From Clostridiales bacterium UBA3678 (GTDB taxonomy: Bacteria; Bacillota; Clostridia; TANB77; CAG-508): 62,922 bases of DNA. Position 1 is the stretch's first letter; every line of letters begins with the position of its first letter. Shown piece by piece: positions 32,301 through 40,811 of this stretch. A model generated the notes under the pieces. It did no database searches and was not told where the DNA came from. It worked only from the letters and a program-made list of their open reading frames with translations. The stretch spans positions 1 to 62,922 of the forward strand of contig DFJF01000010.1 in NCBI GenBank assembly GCA_002372935.1, written 5' to 3'. A program made the translations under genes and the position numbers.

Positions 32301-33610
32301 ATTGCACCATTTTTTAGCCTAATATATTTCATATCTTGACCACCAATATCTACAATACTTGTAACATCTGGTTCAAATTCTTTTGCAGCTGTATAATGTG
32401 CAATTGTTTCAATTTCACCCAAGTCAAGATTTAGTGCAGTTTGAATTAGTTTCTCACCATATCCAGTGACACCAGCATAACGAATTTTTGCACCACTAGG
32501 TAAAACATCATACAATTTTTTTAACATATCTATAGTGCTTTGCAAAGGATTTCCTTCATTACTTCCATATAATGAAAATAATAAATTTCCATCTAAATCT
32601 ATTAAAGCAAGTTTAGTTGTTGTAGACCCTGCATCAATTCCTATAAAACAATCACCTTTAAAATCTTCTAAAGAACGTTTTTTTACAGTAGCTCGATTAT
32701 GTCTTTCTTTGAATTCTTTATATTCTTGTTCATTTTTAAATAAAGGTTCTAGTGGATTTGTAGTTATATCTTTAGATTTTTTTAAATTTTCTATTTTTTT
32801 AGTAAGTTCTGCATTAGAAAATGTTTTCGTATCTAAAGAATCTAATGCAGCACCTTTTGCTACTAAAAGATGTGCTTCTTCTGGGACTATTGTTTGCTCT
32901 GGAGTCAAATTTAATGTTTCTATAAATCTTTGTCTTAGTTCTGATAAATATGTAAGAGGTCCACCTAAAAATGCAATTTTACCCCTAATTGGTCTACCAC
33001 AGGCAAGTCCAGAAATTGTTTGATTTACAACAGCCTGAAAGATGGATGCTGCAATATCTTCTTTTGCAGCACCTTCATTTATTAATGGCTGAATATCTGT
33101 TTTAGCAAATACACCACATCTTGAAGCTATAGGATAAATCATAGTATGATTTTTTGCATATTCATTTAAACCGAAAGTATCTGTATGTAATAAAGATGCC
33201 ATTTGATCAATAAAAGCACCTGTTCCACCAGCACATGTTCCGTTCATACGTTGTTCAATAGATTTATCAAAATAAATGATTTTTGCATCTTCTCCTCCAA
33301 GTTCTATTACAACATCTGTTTGAGGAATATATTTTTCTACTGCTCTTTTGCAAGCAACAACTTCTTGTATAAAACTTACGCCAAGGAATTTTGCAACAGA
33401 AAGAGCTCCAGAACCAGTAAGTGCCAAAGTAAAAATAGAGTTTGGAAAGTCATTATTTAATTTAGTTAAAACATTGCAAACTGTATTTTTAGTGTCGGAA
33501 TAATGTCTTTGATAGTCTTTATAAATAGTTTCTTTATTTTCATTCATTACAATTATTTTTACGGTTGTAGAGCCTACATCTAGCCCAACATGTAATATTT
33601 TATTTTCCAT
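29363..33610 (-). CDS. CoA-substrate-specific enzyme activase / 2-hydroxyacyl-CoA dehydratase activator fusion (YxcA-like)
   Basis: Two BcrAD/BadFG ATPase domains (DVGSTT, CAGGTG; DAGSTT, CSSGCG) plus C-terminal Cys motifs. Confidence 0.88.
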   Translation of the reverse strand: MENKILHVGLDVGSTTVKIIVMNENKETIYKDYQRHYSDTKNTVCNVLTKLNNDFPNSIFTLALTGSGALSVAKFLGVSFIQEVVACKRAVEKYIPQTDVVIELGGEDAKIIYFDKSIEQRMNGTCAGGTGAFIDQMASLLHTDTFGLNEYAKNHTMIYPIASRCGVFAKTDIQPLINEGAAKEDIAASIFQAVVNQTISGLACGRPIRGKIAFLGGPLTYLSELRQRFIETLNLTPEQTIVPEEAHLLVAKGAALDSLDTKTFSNAELTKKIENLKKSKDITTNPLEPLFKNEQEYKEFKERHNRATVKKRSLEDFKGDCFIGIDAGSTTTKLALIDLDGNLLFSLYGSNEGNPLQSTIDMLKKLYDVLPSGAKIRYAGVTGYGEKLIQTALNLDLGEIETIAHYTAAKEFEPDVTSIVDIGGQDMKYIRLKNGAIDSIMLNEACSSGCGSFIETFAKSLGLPIKDFVQEALKSQKPVDLGSRCTVFMNSKIKQAQKEGYSVGDISSGLSYSVIKNAIQKVMKVRDVSTLGDHIVVQGGTFYNDAVLRAFEKIVGKDVIRPDIAGLMGAYGMALISKQQYEANFDMEYHSTICKKEDLDKLDIKITHTRCNRCENHCKLTINMFGNGKKYISGNRCEKGAGIVSKHADLPNLVKYKNERLFKYKPLTEDKAPRGTIGIPRVLNMYEDYPFWFTFFTSLGFRVIISDKSTRKTYEKGMESMPSESVCYPAKLSHGHIENLIEKGIKTIFYPCIPYSRKEYKKADNHYNCPIVISYSEVLKNNVENLKRPDIKFMNSFLPFEKSNLVKEILKLDEFKEYNFNKKELEEAAEKAEQEYQNFKNDIRQKGKETVEYIEKNNLKGIVLAGRPYHIDPEINHGIDTLITSLGLCVLTEDSVSDKVEPKAPLRVVNQWVFHARLYAAADFVGKHDNLELVQLNSFGCGVDAVTTDQVEEILQSYNKMYTLIKIDEVNNLGAVKIRIRSLIASMNKRLKDKSLSKGDYETHKVIFTKEMKKDYTILLPLMIPVHFEFIEAAVNACGYNAVLLRECTEHTVETGLKYVNNDACYPSILTTGQFIEALQSGKYDVNKTAIIMSQTGGGCRATNYIGFIRKALKDAGFSQVPVISFNVVGMEKNPGFKLTPKLLDKLFKAVMLGDLLQKVLHKNRAYEIHKGESDKLYNYWVNKCRDIVANGTNADYKKAIYDIVSDFEKIEFDTTIKKPKVGIVGEVLIKYHPYGNNHVAEMLESEGAEVIVPDFMGFVKFMATHKITFNQLLNTNKTSSKISKLAINVIDILEKDMKKALASSKKNYLMPCDIWHLEDKVKEVLSIGNQTGEGWFLTAEMMEYIENDIPNIICVQPFACLPNHVVGKGVIKTIRSLYPEANITPVDYDPGASQTNQTNRIKLLMTVAKDNLKK

Positions 33611-33639
33611 TGATTAGTCCTCCTTATAAGCATCCCCAG

Positions 33640-35214
33640 TTAATGTACTTTATATGTACAACTATATATTTTCTCTTTAGAAATTGTTTTTCCATTTAAT
33701 TTTAAAATTCTATATGTTGATGATTTTATTGCAGATGAAGTACTGCTTGTTACAACAGCATTAACAGAAACATTATATTCAGTATTTTCTTTTACACCAT
33801 ATATATTAAATGTTGCTACTCCACTAGATACGGAACATTTGATTTTTATTGCATATTTTCTTGAATTTTTGAATTGGAAATCTTTAGCTCCATATACTAC
33901 TGTTGCATCACGTCCAGCACGTACATAAGATGGCACAAATTGATGATTATGTATTTCTGTAATATCAAGATTTGCAAGTAGTGCAGCATTAAATAAAGTA
34001 GTAGAAATTTGGCATATTCCACCACCTAAGCCATCAATAACTTGACCATTTTGATATATTGCTGCTTCTTTATATCCTGCGGCAATTGTTCTTTCACCAA
34101 CAACTTTATTATATGAAAATGTTTCTCCCGGAAGTAAAACAGTTCCATTTATTTTATTTGCAGCTAATCTTAAATTTGTTGTTCTGTTTGTATTTGAAGT
34201 TGGATATCTTGTTGAAAAGGTTGCAAGTAAATTTGGAAAAGCTTCAGATCCAATCATATTTGTAGTAACTTTTGGATATATTGTTTTCAATTTTATTTTG
34301 CATTCATTTTTAGATGATGCTAATTCTTTTTTCGCCTCATCTAAGCTAACTGCAAAATCAACACCATTTTTTGATGGATAAACAGCATAAGGATTTGTAG
34401 TATAATATGCATTAGACGCCTCTTGATGTACTTCTTGATAAATTGCTTCTAAATTTATTTCTTGTGGGGCAGACTCTTTTAGGCTTATTTCAGTAGGACT
34501 ACTTAAAAATGTCAAATTTGCCAATTTCTTTTTTATTGAATTTAAAGTTTTTTCAGAGTCTACGATAAATCCAGATTTTCCTTTTGTTATAATTAAAGTT
34601 GAATCTTCTATATAATAACTACTTTCCTCAACAGCATTTGGTAATTCTTTAGATATATTGTCTAGAAATTTTGTTAATTCTTCTTCATTAACAGAATAAG
34701 TAGGAGTTATTTCTATTCCATTTAACATTGTATTTAAAATTTCATAATTATCTTTAAATAAATTACCATTTTTTCCTATACTAAAGGCATAATTTACTGC
34801 AGATTTTGTATCATATGTTAGATCTATTTCTGATGGTATAATTGAAGTTTCATAATAATTACTATTTTCATCATTATTAGTTTTTGTTCCACTATATAAT
34901 TTAAATTCTGTTTTTTGTATTTTTGAAAAAGTCTCATTTAACTTATCTAAAGCTTCATTTTTTGTTAATCCTGAAATATCGATTCCATATATAAATATTC
35001 CATTGGTAATTGTATCACTATGTTTTAAATTATAAATACTAAAAGCTCCAAAAATAATTAAAAAAATTAAAAATATAATACCAATAAATACTGAAATATA
35101 AATAACTACAGATTTTTTTCCCATAGGTTCTTTTGTATTTAAATTTTTTTGTTTATCTGTCGATTCTTTTTTTATTTCATCCACAATTTCGACTTTGCTT
35201 TCTTGTAAAATCAT
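33640..35214 (-). CDS. VanW-family protein with peptidoglycan-binding regions
   Basis: NRTTNLRLAA, PGETFSYN, GGGICQISTTL, GRDATV. Confidence 0.88.
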   Translation of the reverse strand: MILQESKVEIVDEIKKESTDKQKNLNTKEPMGKKSVVIYISVFIGIIFLIFLIIFGAFSIYNLKHSDTITNGIFIYGIDISGLTKNEALDKLNETFSKIQKTEFKLYSGTKTNNDENSNYYETSIIPSEIDLTYDTKSAVNYAFSIGKNGNLFKDNYEILNTMLNGIEITPTYSVNEEELTKFLDNISKELPNAVEESSYYIEDSTLIITKGKSGFIVDSEKTLNSIKKKLANLTFLSSPTEISLKESAPQEINLEAIYQEVHQEASNAYYTTNPYAVYPSKNGVDFAVSLDEAKKELASSKNECKIKLKTIYPKVTTNMIGSEAFPNLLATFSTRYPTSNTNRTTNLRLAANKINGTVLLPGETFSYNKVVGERTIAAGYKEAAIYQNGQVIDGLGGGICQISTTLFNAALLANLDITEIHNHQFVPSYVRAGRDATVVYGAKDFQFKNSRKYAIKIKCSVSSGVATFNIYGVKENTEYNVSVNAVVTSSTSSAIKSSTYRILKLNGKTISKEKIYSCTYKVH

Positions 35215-35328
35215 TTTTCATTCTCCTATAAATAATAATGTACAAAACTGGCGAATTATATCATTTTTTGTCTTATATATAATTTATAATATTTTAAGGA
35301 GTTTGTCAATGGATTTTATTAGGTTATT

Positions 35329-35865
35329 TTAAGAAATTTCGCAATATTCTTCATTTAAAGCATCTGATGTTTCACCATTAATTAAAAATCTAATAGATGT
35401 AACTTCATTTAATTGAATAAGTGAGTTTAAAATACTATTAATTATATTGTATTTTTGAGTCTCATCTTGAAATTTTAGTAGATCTTCAGAAAAATTAAGA
35501 GCTACACAACCATTATTGATAGATGCATCCAAGATTAAAGTATTTTCAGGAAATAAGGAAGAAAAATTTTCATTTTGTGGACCATTTACTAATTCTTGAA
35601 CTATATATTTATATGGATTTGCTACTAATTTAGCTGAATCTACAAACCTTTTCTCAGAGTCTAATTCATTTGTTTGTTTATTCAGAAAATACAAAGTAAT
35701 AGAGGTTTCTCTTAATTGAGTATCACTTATTTCTTCTTCTGGTACATAATTTGAAAGTTCTTCATTAGAAATTTTCGAGAAACTGATATTCCTGAATATA
35801 AAATACACAAGAATTCCTAAAATAATTAAAATAAATAAAATAAAAAATAATTTCTTTTTTTTCAT
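35329..35865 (-). CDS. GerMN-domain protein
   Basis: N-terminal TM, TLYF, LVNGP, LNFS, SILNSL..FLING. Confidence 0.75.
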   Translation of the reverse strand: MKKKKLFFILFILIILGILVYFIFRNISFSKISNEELSNYVPEEEISDTQLRETSITLYFLNKQTNELDSEKRFVDSAKLVANPYKYIVQELVNGPQNENFSSLFPENTLILDASINNGCVALNFSEDLLKFQDETQKYNIINSILNSLIQLNEVTSIRFLINGETSDALNEEYCEIS

Positions 35866-35958
35866 AAAATGCCTTCTTTCTAAATATATTGTGGAATTTA
35901 TTAAAGAGAATCTTTTGTCCACTTAATTTATTAATATTTAGAAAAAAGTAAAATAGAA

Positions 35959-36120
35959 CTATTTAAGTATTTTATATAATTTAACATAGTTACTAAATTT
36001 TTTAAAATTATTTAAAAACAGTTCTACTTCATTTAATGAATTGATTGTATTCTTTTTCATTTTTTTAAAATTTAAATTCTTTTTATTTTTTGAATTTTTA
36101 TTAAAATCTTTGATACCCAT
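35959..36120 (-). CDS. Small basic hypothetical protein (53 aa), possibly sporulation-related
   Basis: AAGGGAG RBS; AC-N16-CATATTAT sigma-K-like promoter upstream. Confidence 0.55.
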   Translation of the reverse strand: MGIKDFNKNSKNKKNLNFKKMKKNTINSLNEVELFLNNFKKFSNYVKLYKILK

Positions 36121-36183
36121 TGAAAAAACTCCCTTTTTGATATATAATATGTAAGTCAAAATAATTTGTGAAAAGGGATATAA

Positions 36184-36927
36184 ATGGAGATAAAAAATAG
36201 TGAAAGAATAGATGATTTAGAATTTAAAGGACTAAAAATAATTCAAGATAAAAAAGGATTTTGTTTTGGGATAGATAGTGTGTTACTTTCGGATTTTGCG
36301 AAAAAAATAAAAAAAGATTCTAAAGTTATTGATCTTGGAACAGGTACTGGAATTATAAATATTTTACTTTCTGGGAAAACAGATGCTTCAAGTTTTGTGG
36401 GAGTTGAAATTCAACAAGATGTGGCAGAAATGGCTGAAAGAAGTATTAAATTAAATTATTTAGAAGATAAAATAAAAATAATAAATGAAAATATTACAAA
36501 ATTAAAAAATATTTATAAGCCAAATAGTTTTGATGTTGTTGTCACAAACCCACCATATAAAAAAATAAATACAGGCATAGTAAATAATGAAAATAAAAAA
36601 ATAATTTCTAGACATGAAATTACAGCTAGTTTGCAAGATTTTATACATATATCATCATATTTATTAAAAGACTATGGTGAGATCTATATGGTACATAGAC
36701 CAGAAAGACTAGTAGATATCTTTTCTATAATGAGAACAGAAAAAATAGAGCCAAAATTAATAAAATTTGTTTATCCAAACAAAAATAAAAAAACAAATTT
36801 AGTTTTAATAAAAGGAATAAAAAAAGGGAAACCATTTTTGGAATTTGATAAAAATTTATATATTCACAATGATGATGGAACATATACTAATGAAATTTTA
36901 AAGATTTATAATAAAGAAAAAAAGTAA
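36184..36927 (+). CDS. tRNA1(Val) A37 N6-methyltransferase (YabB/TrmM-like)
   Basis: FCFGIDSVLL, DLGTGTG, NPPY; upstream of rsmI. Confidence 0.88.
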   Translation: MEIKNSERIDDLEFKGLKIIQDKKGFCFGIDSVLLSDFAKKIKKDSKVIDLGTGTGIINILLSGKTDASSFVGVEIQQDVAEMAERSIKLNYLEDKIKIINENITKLKNIYKPNSFDVVVTNPPYKKINTGIVNNENKKIISRHEITASLQDFIHISSYLLKDYGEIYMVHRPERLVDIFSIMRTEKIEPKLIKFVYPNKNKKTNLVLIKGIKKGKPFLEFDKNLYIHNDDGTYTNEILKIYNKEKK

Positions 36928-36966
36928 AAAAATGATATAAAAAATTAATAAAGAGGTATAAAAAAT

Positions 36967-37797
36967 ATGAATGGAAAATTGTATTTAGTAGCAACACCAA
37001 TTGGTAATTTGGAAGATATTACATTAAGAGCACTAAAAATATTAAAAGAAGTTGATTTAATTGCAGCAGAAGATACAAGAAATACACTAAAATTATTAAA
37101 TCATTTTAAAATTACAAAGCCTTTAATTAGTTACCATAGACATAATGAAGAAATAAAAGTAGATAATTTAATTAGTAAGTTAAAAAATGGAGAAAATATT
37201 GCTGTTGTTTCAGATGCAGGTACACCAGGAATTTCAGATCCAGGAGAAGTTATTGTAAAATCTGCAATAGAAAATAATATAGAAGTTATTCCTATTCCAG
37301 GGGCTTGTGCAGCAATTAATGCTTTAATTGCATCTGGATTAGATACAAAAGAATTCACATTTTATGGATTTTTACCATTAAATAAAAAGGCACGAAGAGA
37401 AAAATTAAATGAACTAAAAAATGAAACAAAAACTGCAATTATTTATGAGGCACCACATAAATTGCAAAATACATTAGAAGATTTGAAAAAAATTGTAGAA
37501 AAAAGAAAAATTGTTTTAGGAAGAGAAATAACAAAAATTCACGAAGAATTTATTAGGGGAAATATTGATGAAATTATTTCTAAAAATACAAATTTAAAAG
37601 GTGAAATGATAATTTTATTGGAAGGGGCTACAAAAAAAGAAGAAGAAAAAAATATAAATAAGTTGTCTATAGAAGAACATTATAATTATTATAAAAATTT
37701 AGGGTTAGATAAAAAAGAGATTATAAAAAAAATTTCAAAAGATAGAGGAGTTAGTAAAAACGAAATTTATATTAAATTTGTTAAGGACAAAAAATAA
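36967..37797 (+). CDS. rsmI: 16S rRNA C1402 2'-O-methyltransferase
   Basis: LYLVATPIGNLEDIT, SDAGTPGISDPG. Confidence 0.96.
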   Translation: MNGKLYLVATPIGNLEDITLRALKILKEVDLIAAEDTRNTLKLLNHFKITKPLISYHRHNEEIKVDNLISKLKNGENIAVVSDAGTPGISDPGEVIVKSAIENNIEVIPIPGACAAINALIASGLDTKEFTFYGFLPLNKKARREKLNELKNETKTAIIYEAPHKLQNTLEDLKKIVEKRKIVLGREITKIHEEFIRGNIDEIISKNTNLKGEMIILLEGATKKEEEKNINKLSIEEHYNYYKNLGLDKKEIIKKISKDRGVSKNEIYIKFVKDKK

Positions 37798-37813
37798 TAA
37801 CAGATTTTATTAA

Positions 37814-37866
37814 TGAAGTGAACCCAAATTATTGGACAAAAAGTTTAATAAGGAGGGGTCACTTCA
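37814..37866. mobile_element. 53-bp IS3-like miniature inverted-repeat element within the rsmI/abrB terminator
   Basis: TGAAGTGAACCC...GGGGTCACTTCA (11/12 inverted repeat, TG...CA ends). Confidence 0.5.
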
Positions 37867-37880
37867 TTTTGAATCTGTTT

Positions 37881-38126
37881 TTATTTAGAGTTTATTAAAT
37901 TATTTAAACAATTTTCACAAATTAATTTTTCTTTAAAGTTAGTTAAATTTTTTGTACTTCCACAAAATATACATTTATCTTCAACTTTTCGTAATGTAAT
38001 TGAATGACCTTCTACATATATTTCCATTGGATCTTTTATATTTATTCCTAATTTATTTCTTAATTCCTTTGGTATAACGATTCTTCCCAATTCATCAATT
38101 CTTCTAATAATTCCTGTTGACTTCAT
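37881..38126 (-). CDS. abrB: Transition-state regulator AbrB
   Basis: MKSTGIIRRIDELGRIVIPKELR; CxxC...CxxC; synteny with rsmI. Confidence 0.93.
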   Translation of the reverse strand: MKSTGIIRRIDELGRIVIPKELRNKLGINIKDPMEIYVEGHSITLRKVEDKCIFCGSTKNLTNFKEKLICENCLNNLINSK

Positions 38127-38405
38127 TTTTACCCCCTCCTTGATTGATACAAAATTTGTACTACATTTAATATATCATAAAAAATATTGATGGTCAATAA
38201 ATTTAAAGAAAATATAATCGAAAAATATCAAAAAAAATTGAAAAATATGGAAAAAATTTTTGAAAAATATGGAAATATTAGTATAAAAAAATTTTTTATT
38301 AATAAAATTAGAAAATAAAAATGATAGTTTATTAAAAAATAATATATTTAAAAGTTTTAATTAATTATAAAAATAAATATTTGTCTAGGAAAGAGATTAA
38401 AAAAT

Positions 38406-38978
38406 ATGTTAAATTTTTTTTGGCCAATTTTAATAATAATTTCTTATATTTATGCAATATTTTGTGGAAATGTTACAAATATTAATAATTCAATTTTTGG
38501 ATATACTGAAGTTGCAGTAGAATTGTTTTTAACATTATTAGGCACCATGACATTATGGAGCGGAATAATTGAAATAGCATTAAATACGAAATTAATCGGT
38601 AGAATTACAAAATTATTAAATCCAATAATATCATTCTTATTTCCAGAAAACAAAAATGATAAAAAAGTTAGAAAAGAAATATCTATGAATATTACTGCAA
38701 ATTTATTAGGAATAGGAAATGCTGCCACTCCACTTGGTTTAAAAGCAATGAAAAGTATGCAGGAAAAAAATAATGATAAAGAAAGATTAACAAATGATAT
38801 GGCTACATTTATTATTTTAAATACTGCATCAATACAAATTATACCTACAACAGTTATTGCAATTAGAATGAATTTAGGATCACAAGAGCCAACAAAAATT
38901 ATTTTTGCTGTATGGTTTTCTACAATTTGTGCAGCAATTGTGGGAATTGCAGTTACAAAATTGTGTATAAAATTATAA
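38406..38978 (+). CDS. spmA: Spore maturation protein A
   Basis: ANLLGIGNAATPLGLKAM, IPTTVIAIR. Confidence 0.92.
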   Translation: MLNFFWPILIIISYIYAIFCGNVTNINNSIFGYTEVAVELFLTLLGTMTLWSGIIEIALNTKLIGRITKLLNPIISFLFPENKNDKKVRKEISMNITANLLGIGNAATPLGLKAMKSMQEKNNDKERLTNDMATFIILNTASIQIIPTTVIAIRMNLGSQEPTKIIFAVWFSTICAAIVGIAVTKLCIKL

Positions 38979-39073
38979 CTATATGGTAATAGGTTTATAG
39001 GTAAATCCTTTATTAAAAACCCAAATATATTATATAAGGAGTTTACGATATAAAATATATCATAAAAATAAAT

Positions 39074-39613
39074 ATGAATTTTATAAATTATATTTCTATA
39101 GTGGCTATTCCAATTGTTATTTTAATAATTTTATTATATGGATTTTTTGAGAAAAAAAATGTTTTTGATTTATTTTTAAAAGGTGCAAAAAGTGGATTTA
39201 ATACAACAATAAAAATTTTTCCAACTTTAGTAGGTATATTTCTTGCAATTGGAGCACTAAGTAGTTCGGGAATTTTAGATTTTATTATAAATATATTAGC
39301 ACCGATTTTTGCTATTTTTAAAATTCCAACAGAAATTCTTCCACTTGCAATTTTAAGACCAATTTCCGGAAGCGGGTCAATGGCAATAGCTACAGATATT
39401 ATGAGTAAATATGGAGCAGATTCTTTTATAGGGCTAATTGCTGCAACTATTATGGGGTCAACAGAAACTACTTTATATACGATTGCAATTTATACAAGTT
39501 CTGTAAATATAAAGAAAACTAGATTTGTTTTAATAGCTAGTCTGATGGCAGACATCACTGGAACGGTTGCATCTGTAGTGATTTGGCGAATTTTGTCGAA
39601 AAGTTTTTCTTGA
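39074..39613 (+). CDS. spmB: Spore maturation protein B
   Basis: RPISGSGS, GSTETTLY. Confidence 0.92.
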   Translation: MNFINYISIVAIPIVILIILLYGFFEKKNVFDLFLKGAKSGFNTTIKIFPTLVGIFLAIGALSSSGILDFIINILAPIFAIFKIPTEILPLAILRPISGSGSMAIATDIMSKYGADSFIGLIAATIMGSTETTLYTIAIYTSSVNIKKTRFVLIASLMADITGTVASVVIWRILSKSFS

Positions 39614-39704
39614 CAAAATGTATTTTTTGTTGTAAAATAAAAATGAAATTTGAGGAATATAGTTTTAATTCATTAAATTTTAAAAATCAAAAAAAGGATT
39701 TAAA

Positions 39705-39821
39705 ATGTTGCTAAAAATTTTATCAAATGTTTTAATTTTCATAGTTATATTTATTATTATCAAAAATTTAATAATTAAAATATTAGAAATTAAAATAAAA
39801 AAAGAATTAAGTAATAAGTGA
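39705..39821 (+). CDS. Putative 38-aa single-TM small protein
   Basis: MLLKILSNVLIFIVIFIIIKNLIIKILEIKIKKELSNK; AAGGA RBS; TTGACA-N17-TAAAAT promoter at 39610. Confidence 0.4.
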   Translation: MLLKILSNVLIFIVIFIIIKNLIIKILEIKIKKELSNK

Positions 39822-39844
39822 AAATTTTAAATAAGTTATTAATC

Positions 39845-39995
39845 TTGTAGGGAAAATAATTTTAATCTGATAATTTCCCCCTTGAAAATAAATATTACGC
39901 CCCAAAATAATTTTCTTGTGACAATTGATATCGCCCTAAAAGTCACTTTTTTATAATTAGGCAGAATTTTCAAAAAAGAGTTATTTTCCCTACAA
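39845..39995. repeat. 151-bp element bounded by perfect 15-bp inverted repeats (REPIN/MITE-like)
   Basis: TTGTAGGGAAAATAA ... TTATTTTCCCTACAA. Confidence 0.6.
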
Positions 39996-40013
39996 TTATA
40001 ATATATAATATAA

Positions 40014-40802
40014 TTAAATATGTATTAAATTTCCAACTTTATCTCTACTTGCTACAGATAAAGATATTTTTGAAACATCAGTACCAGAAGAAATCATTTC
40101 ATTAACAACTGTTTGATAAGCAAGTTCTGGAAAATTATTTTCTTTACTTAAATGTCCAAGCATTGCTGTTTTTAAGTTTGCATTTATTAGATAATTAATT
40201 ACTTTGCTTGCAATATCATTTGATAGATGTCCATTTGGACCAGCGATTCTTCTTTTTAAAGAATATGGGTATTTAGAACATTTTAGTACTTCTGTATCAT
40301 AATTTGATTCTAATAAAATAAATTTACTACCTTCAAGTTGTTTTAAAATTTCATTGCTCATATGACCAATATCTGTTGCAATACTTATTTTATCATCATT
40401 ATTTTTTATATTAAAACCACAAGGATTTGCAGCATCATGAGGAATACTAAAAGGTGTGATTTCAATATCTTTAATAGAAAATGTTTCTTTGTTTTTAAAT
40501 TTATTAATGTTTTCTGAGCAAATTTTATCTGTCTGTTTAGGCATTGCATCAAAAGTTTCAGAATTTGCAAAAACAGGTAAATTAAATTTTCTTGAAAGAT
40601 TTCCTAAACTTTGGATATGGTCAGAATGTTCATGAGTGACAAGAATTCCATCTAAAGATGATGGAGGGACATTTAATGTTTCAAGACCGGATTCAATTTT
40701 TTTTAAACTTACACCTGCATCTATAAGTATTTTTGCATTATTTGACTCTACAAATAAACAATTTCCACTGCTACCACTATATAAACTACAAAAATTTAAC
40801 AT
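40014..40802 (-). CDS. MBL-fold metallohydrolase (YycJ/WalJ-like)
   Basis: SGSSGN, THEHSDH, PHDA, GHLSN, HLSKENN. Confidence 0.9.
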   Translation of the reverse strand: MLNFCSLYSGSSGNCLFVESNNAKILIDAGVSLKKIESGLETLNVPPSSLDGILVTHEHSDHIQSLGNLSRKFNLPVFANSETFDAMPKQTDKICSENINKFKNKETFSIKDIEITPFSIPHDAANPCGFNIKNNDDKISIATDIGHMSNEILKQLEGSKFILLESNYDTEVLKCSKYPYSLKRRIAGPNGHLSNDIASKVINYLINANLKTAMLGHLSKENNFPELAYQTVVNEMISSGTDVSKISLSVASRDKVGNLIHI

Positions 40803-40811
40803 ATGTTTATC

